Shown in pieces: positions 9,562-19,265 of a stretch of 64,000 bases of DNA. The stretch lies in the IMG/VR virus record IMGVR_UViG_3300020048_000108; one strand, written 5' to 3'. The notes beneath the pieces were generated by a model. It did not search any database, had not been told where the DNA came from, and worked only from the letters and a program-made list of their open reading frames with translations. The position numbers and the translations under genes were made by a program. Position 1 is the stretch's first letter, and every line of letters starts with the position of its first letter. Source of the stretch: an uncultured virus (IMG/VR IMGVR_UViG_3300020048_000108). Lineage: Duplodnaviria > Heunggongvirae > Uroviricota > Caudoviricetes.

Positions 9562-10121
9562 AAAGGATCACCATTCAAATCTGTTATATCATAGATAGTA
9601 TACTTGAAAGTTACGTCTGCTGTAAAGTACTGAATATCTTGATCTGTAGCATCAAATTCTAAATCTGACAAACTTACCGGAAATACATCTTTATATTTTA
9701 CTTTAAAATTTACATTTTGAGAACTTGTTAGAATATTCATCGTTGCATCAGAATAAATATTCATCAATTTACTATCTGTGGTTTCAATAAATGTGCCTTC
9801 TTTCTGTAGGTTATAAATTTCTTGAAGATTTTCTGGATATCCAAGACCTCTCATCCAATGCTGAATTTCCATATAATTTTCAAGATTTTCGTCTACAAGA
9901 AATCTTATGTTTAAATCATTGAAAACAAGTTTATCACCAGGAATATCGATATCCTTTAAATATGTTGGTTGAGTAGCAGTTCCGAGAGTAATACCTGGAA
10001 TATTTGCTTGATTGCTAAAGAAAGCAACTTTAGGTGCTCTATTTAAAATAAACTTAAAACCGACCGGAGTCAGAAAATTTCTATTCTGTATCTGATTTTT
10101 AAAAATATTCGAAGTTGCCAT
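9558..10121 (-). CDS. gp3: Tail tube terminator / tail completion protein
   Basis: NRNFLTPVGFKF, FLVDENLENY, FPVSLS motifs; downstream of gp23. Confidence 0.85.
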   Translation of the reverse strand: MATSNIFKNQIQNRNFLTPVGFKFILNRAPKVAFFSNQANIPGITLGTATQPTYLKDIDIPGDKLVFNDLNIRFLVDENLENYMEIQHWMRGLGYPENLQEIYNLQKEGTFIETTDSKLMNIYSDATMNILTSSQNVNFKVKYKDVFPVSLSDLEFDATDQDIQYFTADVTFKYTIYDITDLNGDPL

Positions 10122-10138
10122 TTTTTAATTATTTAGAT

Positions 10139-10164
10139 AAAAAAAAGGTCCCAAATTGGGACCT
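10139..10164 (-). terminator. Rho-independent terminator after gp23
   Basis: AGGTCCCA-ATT-TGGGACCT followed by a T-run. Confidence 0.75.
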
Positions 10165-10185
10165 CTGAAAATATGTGAGAAAGAC

Positions 10186-11622
10186 TCACATGAGATTTTT
10201 GACCGCAACTCTTCTGTAGTAACGGTTAGCATTGATCTGAAGTCTTCCTAGACCTTGATCAGTGCCTTCTGCGAATGGGTTTGCAACCATACCATAACGG
10301 GTTTTGAATCCGATTTTGGGTTGGAAGGTGTTCTCACCAACGGCACGAACCATTTGGAGAGGAACATAAGGACAATAGAAGAGTCCAGCGTCATAAGGTG
10401 AAGAACCCTTATAACCAACAACATAATACTGGTTGCCAGGACTTGCGTTAGATGTAGTCAGGTTAGCTGCATATGGGTCAATATAGACCTTAAATTTGCC
10501 CATTAGAGTACCAGCAAATGTATTGCCAGTATCATCAACGTTCAGATTTGAGTTAAGTGCAGGGGTGTAATCAAGAACACCGGCCATGGTGAGTGCTGAA
10601 GCAACGTCTGCAGAGCAGAGGATAATATTGCCTTTCCCACGACGAGTTCTTTGAGCGATTGCGTTCGCATCTCTTTCGATCTGGAACAGAAGACCCTTGA
10701 ACTTCTCAACTGACCAACGACCATTTGAATCAACGTCAAGGTCAAATACACCAGCAGTAGCAGTGTTTTGAACAGCACCTTGTTCAGCAACCTTGTAGAT
10801 GGTTCTGATGACTTCGCGGTTGATTTCAGCAAGAATCTCTGTTGAGAGAATGTTTGCTAGTTCCGCTTCGGCATTCAGACCATGAATTGCCTTGAGGTCT
10901 TGAGCAAGCTCAAGTGAGTACTCAGCCTTGAGTGCGCGTGACTTTGCAGTAACGGTAACTTTCTCGATTGAGAAAGCCATCTCGTTGAATGAGTTAGCAG
11001 CAGCATCTCCAAGTGCTTCAGAATCGCCTGTAACCATCCCCTGACCAACGTTATATGGTGATGGGTTGGTAACTGCAACACCAACTGGGTTGAGGAGAGA
11101 TGGGTTTGATCCTGACTGTGAAGTAGTACCAAAACCAACAGCACCGTCAGTGAAACCAGCAGTACGATCTCTGTTGCTATTTTCGCCAGACCATGCGGAA
11201 TCAGCTTCGTTGTAGAATGATTCAGTACCGCTTTGGTTCCTATAGCGTGAACGCATTGCGAAGATGAGTCCAGTAGGACCGCTCATTGGTTGAACGCCTG
11301 CAACGTCATAGGCGATCAGATTAGGCATTGAACGTCTGATCAGTGAGATCAGAACTGGATCGAAACCGGCAGTAGGACCACCAGCAAGTGAGTTGCCACC
11401 AAAACCACCAGAAGCACCAGCAGCGTTACCGCTCATGGTTGGACCAGCTTCCGAAAGGAATGATCCAGAGGTTTCAAAAGAAGATTGATCGCGAAGGAAT
11501 CTTTCTTGGTTTTCTAGCAGGACAGCGGTTACAGCTCTACGATGTGAATCTTTGATTGAATCAACACCCTCATAATTGAGGAGAGGTGCCCACTTTTCCT
11601 GCAATTGTTCAGAATGGAACAT
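10186..11622 (-). CDS. gp23: Major capsid protein
   Basis: GVQPMSGPTGLIFAMR, ELAQDLKAIHG, FQPKIGFKTRYG. Confidence 0.98.
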   Translation of the reverse strand: MFHSEQLQEKWAPLLNYEGVDSIKDSHRRAVTAVLLENQERFLRDQSSFETSGSFLSEAGPTMSGNAAGASGGFGGNSLAGGPTAGFDPVLISLIRRSMPNLIAYDVAGVQPMSGPTGLIFAMRSRYRNQSGTESFYNEADSAWSGENSNRDRTAGFTDGAVGFGTTSQSGSNPSLLNPVGVAVTNPSPYNVGQGMVTGDSEALGDAAANSFNEMAFSIEKVTVTAKSRALKAEYSLELAQDLKAIHGLNAEAELANILSTEILAEINREVIRTIYKVAEQGAVQNTATAGVFDLDVDSNGRWSVEKFKGLLFQIERDANAIAQRTRRGKGNIILCSADVASALTMAGVLDYTPALNSNLNVDDTGNTFAGTLMGKFKVYIDPYAANLTTSNASPGNQYYVVGYKGSSPYDAGLFYCPYVPLQMVRAVGENTFQPKIGFKTRYGMVANPFAEGTDQGLGRLQINANRYYRRVAVKNLM

Positions 11623-11671
11623 TTGCTTTTACCTTTGTTGTGTGTTTGTTTACGTTTGAATTATACTAAAT

Positions 11672-12877
11672 TCAATTTTTGCTGAATGCTGAAAAAGTTT
11701 TCAGATAAGCAGCCATTGGACCAGAGATAGACTCGTGGCCACCGCTTACTCCCTCTGAAAGAGTATCAGATCTAGCAGATGGAGAAAATCCTCTTGATGG
11801 GAAGTATGATTCCCTCAATGTCTCCAATTTTTCACGATATCCTTCTTCACTTTCAAACTCAACACTTTCGGCAAGTGAAGCAAGCTTATCTTTCTGAGTG
11901 TCTGCAAGACCTTCAGAAATTTGATCTAAGATTCCATCAGCAACCGACTCTGCAAGACGCCTGTTAAGGGAAACGTTCTTCTCAATTTGCTCGTTGAGTT
12001 TTGTCTCCATTTCATCAAGTTTTTCTACCATATTCTCTAAAACATTATACTTATCTTCAGGGATTGATACATAATGATCTTCAAAAAGTCCTTTCAGACC
12101 AGTCATAAAGGACTCAGTAAGTTCTTCTTTGAGTCCACCTTCAATTACAAGAGAGTTCTCAACGAACCACTCTTCGGAAACATACTCAAGGTATGCATCC
12201 ACACGCTCTGAAAGTTCGGATTTAATTTCCTCTACTTCTTCAGCCAGAGCAGTGGCATATTGATCTTCAAGTGCTTCTTTAATATCATAAACTTTTGATC
12301 TAAGAGCAGCTTCAAAAATTGTTCTTGCCTTTTCCTGAAATTCCTCCGAAAGATCTTCGCCCTCAAGAAGAGCATTGACATCTTCTTCGATGTCAAATTC
12401 TTCTTTTACATCTTCATCTTCATCTTCACTGTCTTCATCTTTTTTCTTTTTGTCCTTATCATCTTCTTTAGATGTAGAAGGATTTTCTGTTCCGTATTCC
12501 TTCTTATCTTCTTTTTTATCACTCTCACTTCCTTCCTTTTCCTTTTCAGAAGCTTCTAGAAGTGACTCATCCTCATCGTAATCGTAGTCAGAATCTTCTT
12601 TGCTGACAGTCTGCGCTGGCATTGCTGCTTTTGCACCTTTATTGACAACATCTCTAACTTGCTTTAGAGTTGCTCCCGGTGTTTTCAGTTTTGCTGAATC
12701 GTCAGTTGAACGATAGTTGGAAGGGTCAGGTCCGCCCAGATCTTCCCAATTACCGGTTTGTCCTGGTGTTGTACCAGACATACTTGGCATCGTATCTGCT
12801 GCCTTAGCATTTGCATTGACTGCAGTTTTGGATTGCTTTGTGCCTACTTCCATTTCTTGTAAATCTCCACGAGACAT
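11672..12877 (-). CDS. gp22: Prohead core scaffolding protein
   Basis: LSEEFQEKARTIFEAA, acidic coiled coil; between gp21 and gp23. Confidence 0.92.
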   Translation of the reverse strand: MSRGDLQEMEVGTKQSKTAVNANAKAADTMPSMSGTTPGQTGNWEDLGGPDPSNYRSTDDSAKLKTPGATLKQVRDVVNKGAKAAMPAQTVSKEDSDYDYDEDESLLEASEKEKEGSESDKKEDKKEYGTENPSTSKEDDKDKKKKDEDSEDEDEDVKEEFDIEEDVNALLEGEDLSEEFQEKARTIFEAALRSKVYDIKEALEDQYATALAEEVEEIKSELSERVDAYLEYVSEEWFVENSLVIEGGLKEELTESFMTGLKGLFEDHYVSIPEDKYNVLENMVEKLDEMETKLNEQIEKNVSLNRRLAESVADGILDQISEGLADTQKDKLASLAESVEFESEEGYREKLETLRESYFPSRGFSPSARSDTLSEGVSGGHESISGPMAAYLKTFSAFSKN

Positions 12878-12914
12878 TTGAACTCTCCGATTAACCTTTG
12901 TTAATAACTATATT

Positions 12915-12922
12915 TATTTATA
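12915..12922 (-). promoter_or_regulatory. T4-type late promoter TATAAATA
   Basis: Exact match upstream of gp22. Confidence 0.75.
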
Positions 12923-12932
12923 ATTTAATAAT

Positions 12933-13586
12933 TTACAACGAATTCAAAAAATTATTAAATAAATCAATCTTATGTTCTTCAAGTCTCCTTTGATCAACAA
13001 GAGTATTGATTCTTCTCTTTGTTGCTTGTGCTGCTTGTTCTTTCAGAATTCCACCATCCCATATCCATTCCTTTCCTTCCATAATTCCACGAACAAAAGC
13101 ATCAGGTGCAGAAGGATCAGCAACGATATCGGCAGCAGTAGCAAGCATAAAATCTTCACCGACTTCTTTATAACCTTCTCGGGTTTCTCTCAGTGATCCA
13201 ATACCACGAGAAGAAACGCCAAGAGTTACACCAGAACTCAGAAGAGCTTCAGCAATTTTTCCCATTGGAGTAGGAAGAATCATTGCCTTACCAATAAAAT
13301 CATTATCTTTTTGAACAAGTTCCACAATTGAATGAGAAACACGATCGAGATTAATTGTTGGACCATCTGGATGTCCGAGTTCGCCCAAAGCACGACCTTT
13401 ATTGATGTATTGTTCAGTATATCTTTTAACTTCGCGTTCCATTACATCACGACGATACCATCTACCATTGCGATTTTTTTGTTCTGTTTGTAGAAATGGA
13501 CCTACTACAAAAAGAGTTTTTTTGCCGTTAATACTTTCGGTAATAACTTCTACTGATTCTATTTCTTCGGTAATGAGTTTCATCAC
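12933..13586 (-). CDS. gp21: Prohead core protease
   Basis: ALGELGHP, GVSSRGIGS, DIVADPSAPDAFV. Confidence 0.96.
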   Translation of the reverse strand: MMKLITEEIESVEVITESINGKKTLFVVGPFLQTEQKNRNGRWYRRDVMEREVKRYTEQYINKGRALGELGHPDGPTINLDRVSHSIVELVQKDNDFIGKAMILPTPMGKIAEALLSSGVTLGVSSRGIGSLRETREGYKEVGEDFMLATAADIVADPSAPDAFVRGIMEGKEWIWDGGILKEQAAQATKRRINTLVDQRRLEEHKIDLFNNFLNSL

Positions 13587-14131
13587 GCCTGCCCTGAAAT
13601 TTGTACTTGTTGTGCATAAACAACACCAGCAGAACCTTCTGTTACTGCTGCTAATCTGTATGAAAGACTTACTGAAGCACCTGATGCTGGATCAAACGCA
13701 GTCACAATACCGCTTGAGTTATAACCCACTACAAATCTTTTTTGGAAGAACCCTTCAACATTAGAACTTGTATTTACTGAAATAACTGGTGCATGAACAA
13801 AATTGTGAAATGCCGAACCTGTTAAAGTTACAAAATCACCAACTCCGAATGGTGCTTGAGTTCCTTCTGGACAATCTATAGTAGTCGTTGTTCCGGTAGT
13901 AATTCCAGCAACTCTATTTGATGCTTTTGTCATCGCAAGAGTTGCAGAACTTCCTGCGGGAACATAGTAGTCTGCATTTGTAGCAATTGGATTTGTCCCA
14001 ATTGCTACAAATGCTCCTGAAGTAACAGAAACAACTCTCACTACATCGGACTTTGCTGTGAATGATGTTGTCATTCCTGAAGTGGCACTTGTTGAAAGTG
14101 AAATGCCAGCACCAACTGGTCTATGTGCCAT
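13583..14131 (-). CDS. Conserved hypothetical, probable virion protein
   Basis: 182 aa, S/T/G/V-rich, in the head operon. Confidence 0.65.
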   Translation of the reverse strand: MAHRPVGAGISLSTSATSGMTTSFTAKSDVVRVVSVTSGAFVAIGTNPIATNADYYVPAGSSATLAMTKASNRVAGITTGTTTTIDCPEGTQAPFGVGDFVTLTGSAFHNFVHAPVISVNTSSNVEGFFQKRFVVGYNSSGIVTAFDPASGASVSLSYRLAAVTEGSAGVVYAQQVQISGQA

Positions 14132-14171
14132 TATTTTTTATATCTCATTTGATAATTATTTATCAAATTTT

Positions 14172-14336
14172 TTATTCCCCTTCAGAATCTTCGGCATCAC
14201 CAAAAATTGATTGTGCAACGACAGGACGAAATGCATCAATTTGTTCTGCTGATTTGGCAAAAAGTAAATCTTTAATTTTATCACTAATCTGTGAGGGCGA
14301 CTCATCAGTAGCAATCATATCCAGAAGATCATCCAT
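14172..14336 (-). CDS. Small acidic protein between portal and protease (possible prohead core protein)
   Basis: Manual translation MDDLLDMIATDESPSQISDKIKDLLFAKSAEQIDAFRPVVAQSIFGDAEDSEGE; TATAAATA at 14365-14372 upstream. Confidence 0.7.
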   Translation of the reverse strand: MDDLLDMIATDESPSQISDKIKDLLFAKSAEQIDAFRPVVAQSIFGDAEDSEGE

Positions 14337-14367
14337 TTTTTTATTTTATAATAATAATCTTTTTTAT

Positions 14368-16107
14368 TTATATCTGACCACCTTTGGGCATCTTTGTTAC
14401 GGGTGTAGACATTTCTGCAGATTTTCCATCGGCTTTCGTTGCTCCTCCTCCATTTACACCATCGGTATTTGGTTCCATTATGGGTTTACCGAGATCCATT
14501 CCAGCAGCTGCTGGTTGCATTCCTGGTTCTAATGGCATTCCAGTCATAGGATCAACTGGAATACTTGGATCAGGAATAGTACCATCTTTAATTTCTTTTT
14601 TGATTAATTTATCCTGTTCAACGATTTCTTCATCCGTTTGACGAAGAATCTTACGTCTCACATAATCTTGTGAGAAATACTTTCCAACATATGGTTCGGC
14701 AACTTGCACCATATTTATTCTTTCATTCAGAAGTTCTGCATCCTTAAGTTCTGCAAAGTGATTATCATATAAGAAGTCATATTGTATATGCTCATCCATA
14801 ATATTCCAATCTTCTGGAGTGATGATATTTTTGAGAATTAATTGAGTTTTCAACATATCATTAAACATGGCAGAAAATCTTTTTCTCAATCTCGCAACAA
14901 ATTTGCTAAATTTAACTTCATCACGAAGAATTTCTGAAGAACGTCCAAGATTAAATCCACCTTCTCCATCCATTCTTGATGGTGGCACATTTAAAGAACG
15001 ATAAAGTTTTTTCTTAAAATATTCAATGTCAGTAATTTCCCCCAGATTCTGACCACCAGGAAGAGTAGAAATTTCTGTTCCACGTCCTCCTTCCCTACGT
15101 GGAAGCCAAAAATCTTCAAGCATTGCCATGAATTTTTTGTCATCACGAATTTCTCCAGTTGTGGAGTCATATACCTGTTTATTACGATATCTCATCATAA
15201 CATCACGAAGATATTGTTCTGCTTTAACTTTTGGAAGATTTCCTACATCAATGTAAAAAATTCTACGCTCTGGTGCCCTAGAAAGGCGATAAATTACTAA
15301 AGAATCTTCAATCATGCGAAGTTGATTGAGCGATTTGATTGCCTTATTTAAGTATGAAAGAGTTGATCCTTTATTTCTATCAACAAGTCCTGATGTGCAA
15401 TATGTAATAGAATCTTTAGCAAATTTAATTGCACCAGCACCAGTACTTCCCCCCAAAGAGAATGAACTACTAGTTGGTGATGACATTTTTGGATTGTAAA
15501 TGAAATATTCCTCAATTTCAGGAAATTCATAATTCATTGGATTGTCTTCATTTGCATTAGCAATCCTATATTTTCCCAGATTATTTTCTGATTGTTTTTG
15601 TTGGCGCACATGACGCATCTTTATTGCGTCAATATATCTCAATTCTTTAATCCCTTCATGGGGATTTTTTAAATCAATTACTTTGTGATAATATAATCTA
15701 CCATCAATATACCAATTTCTATAAATTTCGTGAGATTTCCTATCAAAATCTAAAAGTTCTAAAATATGTTTGAATTCATCTCTAATTTTTTTCTTAATAC
15801 CATCACTCGCATTAAGTTTTGATAGTTCAATTGATACTGGACTATCGTTTGTGTCGGATACAATTGCTTCACTTACAATATCCTCAATAGCACTATCACA
15901 TTCTGGGTGAAGTGCCATCTCACGATATCTTTTGATTAAATCAAATTCCGTTCTATAAACACCTTCAATATCTACATAAGATCCAAAAAATCCACCACTT
16001 AAGTAAAAATCACTCCCGTCCTCACTGTTAGGTGCGACGGGAGATACAGTAGTTGGAGATGATAATGTTTCATCATCTCCAATAGAAAATCCAAATAGTT
16101 TTGCCAT
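14368..16107 (-). CDS. gp20: Portal vertex protein
   Basis: IYRLSRAPERRIFYIDVGNLP, EDFWLPRREGGRGTEI. Confidence 0.98.
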   Translation of the reverse strand: MAKLFGFSIGDDETLSSPTTVSPVAPNSEDGSDFYLSGGFFGSYVDIEGVYRTEFDLIKRYREMALHPECDSAIEDIVSEAIVSDTNDSPVSIELSKLNASDGIKKKIRDEFKHILELLDFDRKSHEIYRNWYIDGRLYYHKVIDLKNPHEGIKELRYIDAIKMRHVRQQKQSENNLGKYRIANANEDNPMNYEFPEIEEYFIYNPKMSSPTSSSFSLGGSTGAGAIKFAKDSITYCTSGLVDRNKGSTLSYLNKAIKSLNQLRMIEDSLVIYRLSRAPERRIFYIDVGNLPKVKAEQYLRDVMMRYRNKQVYDSTTGEIRDDKKFMAMLEDFWLPRREGGRGTEISTLPGGQNLGEITDIEYFKKKLYRSLNVPPSRMDGEGGFNLGRSSEILRDEVKFSKFVARLRKRFSAMFNDMLKTQLILKNIITPEDWNIMDEHIQYDFLYDNHFAELKDAELLNERINMVQVAEPYVGKYFSQDYVRRKILRQTDEEIVEQDKLIKKEIKDGTIPDPSIPVDPMTGMPLEPGMQPAAAGMDLGKPIMEPNTDGVNGGGATKADGKSAEMSTPVTKMPKGGQI

Positions 16108-16136
16108 TATTAAATTTAAACTTATCGTACTATTTA

Positions 16137-16751
16137 TTAGGAACCAGATCCGGCAGCTTCTGGATAGAAGTACTGAACTTGTAATTCCACAGTAAAATCT
16201 TCAATGGTATCAGTAGTATCATAAGAAAGGTCAATTGCCGAAACTGATGTTGGAAAAACATCAACAAATTTGTATTGGGCAAGGATTTTTGCGTTTGATC
16301 CCACAGTTGCTGTTCCTTGTTGGTTAGAATTGTTTCTTCCAAGTTGATAAACAGTTGCTTGCCCCATATAATCAGATGGATTTGTTTTGCCAGAATGATC
16401 ACCATATTGAGCAATGTTTTGCATCCAAGCTTCAAATGCTCTTCTGTGGGCAAAGTTTTCGTCGTTGATCACAGTTAGTGTCCAAGGTTCAAAAGTTCTG
16501 TCTCCAGCAACTTTTAAAATACGACCTCTAAAAGGTACATCGACTGGAGCAACATTTGATGCGGGAAGTGCAGCTGCTTTACAGAGAAATCTGAAGTTGT
16601 CAGAATCAAATCCAGTATTGCCATCACCTTGAATACCAAGGGTTACTCCTTGCGGAAAAGTAACTTGAACTTCAAATAAGTTGGGGCGAGCACCGCCGCC
16701 AACTAGTTTTGATTTGAATTGAGAAATTCCTCTTGTTGGAATTGTTGCCAT
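16137..16751 (-). CDS. gp19: Tail tube protein
   Basis: GGARPNLFEV, FRGRILKVAGDRTF. Confidence 0.95.
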   Translation of the reverse strand: MATIPTRGISQFKSKLVGGGARPNLFEVQVTFPQGVTLGIQGDGNTGFDSDNFRFLCKAAALPASNVAPVDVPFRGRILKVAGDRTFEPWTLTVINDENFAHRRAFEAWMQNIAQYGDHSGKTNPSDYMGQATVYQLGRNNSNQQGTATVGSNAKILAQYKFVDVFPTSVSAIDLSYDTTDTIEDFTVELQVQYFYPEAAGSGS

Positions 16752-16787
16752 TTTAAGTTCCTCCTTCTGTAATTAATTTAGATAAAT

Positions 16788-19211
16788 TTAAACGGTTCCA
16801 GCAACTTCTTCAAACGAGATACCTGTTCTCGTCGCAACAAAGGTAAGAGTTACGTAGTTGATCGATTTGGTTGGTTTTAGGTAAATATCGGCTCTAAATT
16901 CGTTATTATCAATTACATCAGGAGTATTATTTGTTTCATCGCAAACAACAAGGAATCCATAGAGTCCTCTTTTTGCTTGAATGTCACGAAGATATGGTTC
17001 AACAATATTAACAAAATTTGCTCTAGTAATCTGATCATTCAATTCAAAGAGTTGTGCTTGAGCACTCCTTTGAAGTGACTGTTCTATTGTAAGGAATAGG
17101 CGACGAACATTAATTCTATCAAATGCAGACGAATAACCAAGAGCAGTTTTATCACCAAAAAGAAGAATACCAATTCCTGGTTGATTTACAATAGAATTAA
17201 CTCTTAAAGGATAAAGTTGATCTCTTTGAGCTTTTGATGGATTGTATGCAAGTTTAATCGCATTATTCAAAATACCTCTTTGTTGTCCTGCAGGAGAGAA
17301 CCAAGGATATGAAACAATATTTGTTCTGCACATCAGACCTGCAACGTCACCATTACAAGGAATATAGCGGAACTTGTTATTGAAGCGATCATAAGTATAC
17401 TTATATCCACTATCAAAGACTGCATAAGAAGAAGATTGTAGTGGACTAAAGAACCTAATAATATTTTCGGTCTGTGTATTTGTATCTGTAACATTGACAA
17501 CAGATGCCTTATGTGGAGAGATGACCGCAATACAATCTCCTCTTTGCTGTGCAAGAGAGATTAAATAGTTTGCTTTTGCTTGTGACTCGTAAGGAGAAAT
17601 AGCATCTCCACCAAGTCCAGGACCCATAAGTAAATAATCAACTTTGATCTCATCTTTATTTGAGAAAAGAGCATATGAAGTTATCAAATCTCCAAGAGTT
17701 GCCGTCATTCCTCCACCAGAATAATCAAAACCACCAGTAAGATTATAAGTTACGTTGCCAATAGCACTAAATGTAACTCCTTGAGCAGGAATATTCCATT
17801 GTCCAGCACCTTCTGTAATTGCATTAAATGCAGTTGAGAATCCGGTTGCTCGTGGAGTTGTATTATTGTAAGTATCTGTTCCTACAGAAGGATTATCCCC
17901 AGCATAAACATAAGAAGAATAAGTAGCAAGATAATCTTTCCAGAAAATCTGTTGGGGAGAATTTACTGCAGATACTGCATCAATTGCTTTTGACAGATTC
18001 AAATGCTTTTCAAGTAAGTTTCCTTGAATACCAGTTACTGATCCAGTATCATCAACAATTACAACGTGAAGAGCATCATTTTTACCATTTCTATCAAGTG
18101 AATAACTATTAGAAACTGGTTTTGGTGCAATAGACTTCCAATAAATTGGAGTATTTGTTAAACCGAGTTGTTGTTGATCGTACCAATCTACTACGGTATC
18201 TGCTGTAGATGATCCTTTTACTCCACCAGCAGTAGTTCTAGTAAAAGTAAATGTGGTGGTTGCAATCCCTACATTAGTTGCTGCTAGTGAAAGAGAAATG
18301 CTACTAATACCGATGGCAGAAATTGTAGTTCCTGATTGAATGTAGAGTCCAGATACTGTATCACCAGTTGCTAATCCTACCGTAGTAATACCAGTGATGT
18401 AAGTAGCAGAAGATACAGGTTCTGTACCTGTTGTTGACCCCAATGCAACAGTAACAGATTCTGTTAAAAATTTGATATCATCATCTTCGCCAAATGAAGA
18501 TGCAATATCATTCTGTGCATAAGTAATAGGAGTTTCGGTCCCATTAGAAACTCTTGAAACAATTTTTACATCAAATGAACTAGTACCAGATGTTGATGTA
18601 GTAACACCAGTAATAATTCCCTTAAGATAACCATTGAAGATGTTAGTCGCACCAGATGTTGGATCTGGAATAGTTACACCTTGAAGAGCAGTTGTAACAC
18701 CATATCCAACTTTTACTCCAGAAGCCCCTGGATTTGTGGTTGCAATACCAATTACCTGGTCTGCTTTGTCGTCAATTACACAAACTTTAAGATTGTCTGC
18801 CCAAGATCCTGGGTTCTTTGCTGCAAATACGTAATTTGCAATATCATCTGCCCAGTTTTCTTCATAATCATTAAAGTTTTTAATATTAATGCCATTGGTA
18901 TACGCAACACCAACACCAGCATTTGCATTTGCTAAGGTGTTTCCACCAGTTCTAACAACCTTAAGAACGCCACCATAAGAAAGATATGATGATGCACTCA
19001 TCCAATACTCGTATTGTGCATCAGTAGAATCTGGTTTTCCAAAAACTTGAATGAGTTGATTTTCTGTTGCTATGTCAATTGCTTGATCAACTGGACCAAT
19101 GGGGAACGGACCCGCAATCGCTCCAACATTGTCCAATACATTATCAGCCCTTCCTACTGTTAAATCAACTTCTCGGGTAAGAACACCTGGAGATAATTGA
19201 GGAGTCGCCAT
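16788..19211 (-). CDS. gp18: Tail sheath protein
   Basis: SPGVLTREVDLT N-terminus; PWFSPAG, FDRINVRRLF. Confidence 0.96.
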   Translation of the reverse strand: MATPQLSPGVLTREVDLTVGRADNVLDNVGAIAGPFPIGPVDQAIDIATENQLIQVFGKPDSTDAQYEYWMSASSYLSYGGVLKVVRTGGNTLANANAGVGVAYTNGINIKNFNDYEENWADDIANYVFAAKNPGSWADNLKVCVIDDKADQVIGIATTNPGASGVKVGYGVTTALQGVTIPDPTSGATNIFNGYLKGIITGVTTSTSGTSSFDVKIVSRVSNGTETPITYAQNDIASSFGEDDDIKFLTESVTVALGSTTGTEPVSSATYITGITTVGLATGDTVSGLYIQSGTTISAIGISSISLSLAATNVGIATTTFTFTRTTAGGVKGSSTADTVVDWYDQQQLGLTNTPIYWKSIAPKPVSNSYSLDRNGKNDALHVVIVDDTGSVTGIQGNLLEKHLNLSKAIDAVSAVNSPQQIFWKDYLATYSSYVYAGDNPSVGTDTYNNTTPRATGFSTAFNAITEGAGQWNIPAQGVTFSAIGNVTYNLTGGFDYSGGGMTATLGDLITSYALFSNKDEIKVDYLLMGPGLGGDAISPYESQAKANYLISLAQQRGDCIAVISPHKASVVNVTDTNTQTENIIRFFSPLQSSSYAVFDSGYKYTYDRFNNKFRYIPCNGDVAGLMCRTNIVSYPWFSPAGQQRGILNNAIKLAYNPSKAQRDQLYPLRVNSIVNQPGIGILLFGDKTALGYSSAFDRINVRRLFLTIEQSLQRSAQAQLFELNDQITRANFVNIVEPYLRDIQAKRGLYGFLVVCDETNNTPDVIDNNEFRADIYLKPTKSINYVTLTFVATRTGISFEEVAGTV

Positions 19212-19265
19212 GTTTTTCTCCTGATACTTTCAGTTTATCTAAAAAATATTTATTAAAAATCATAT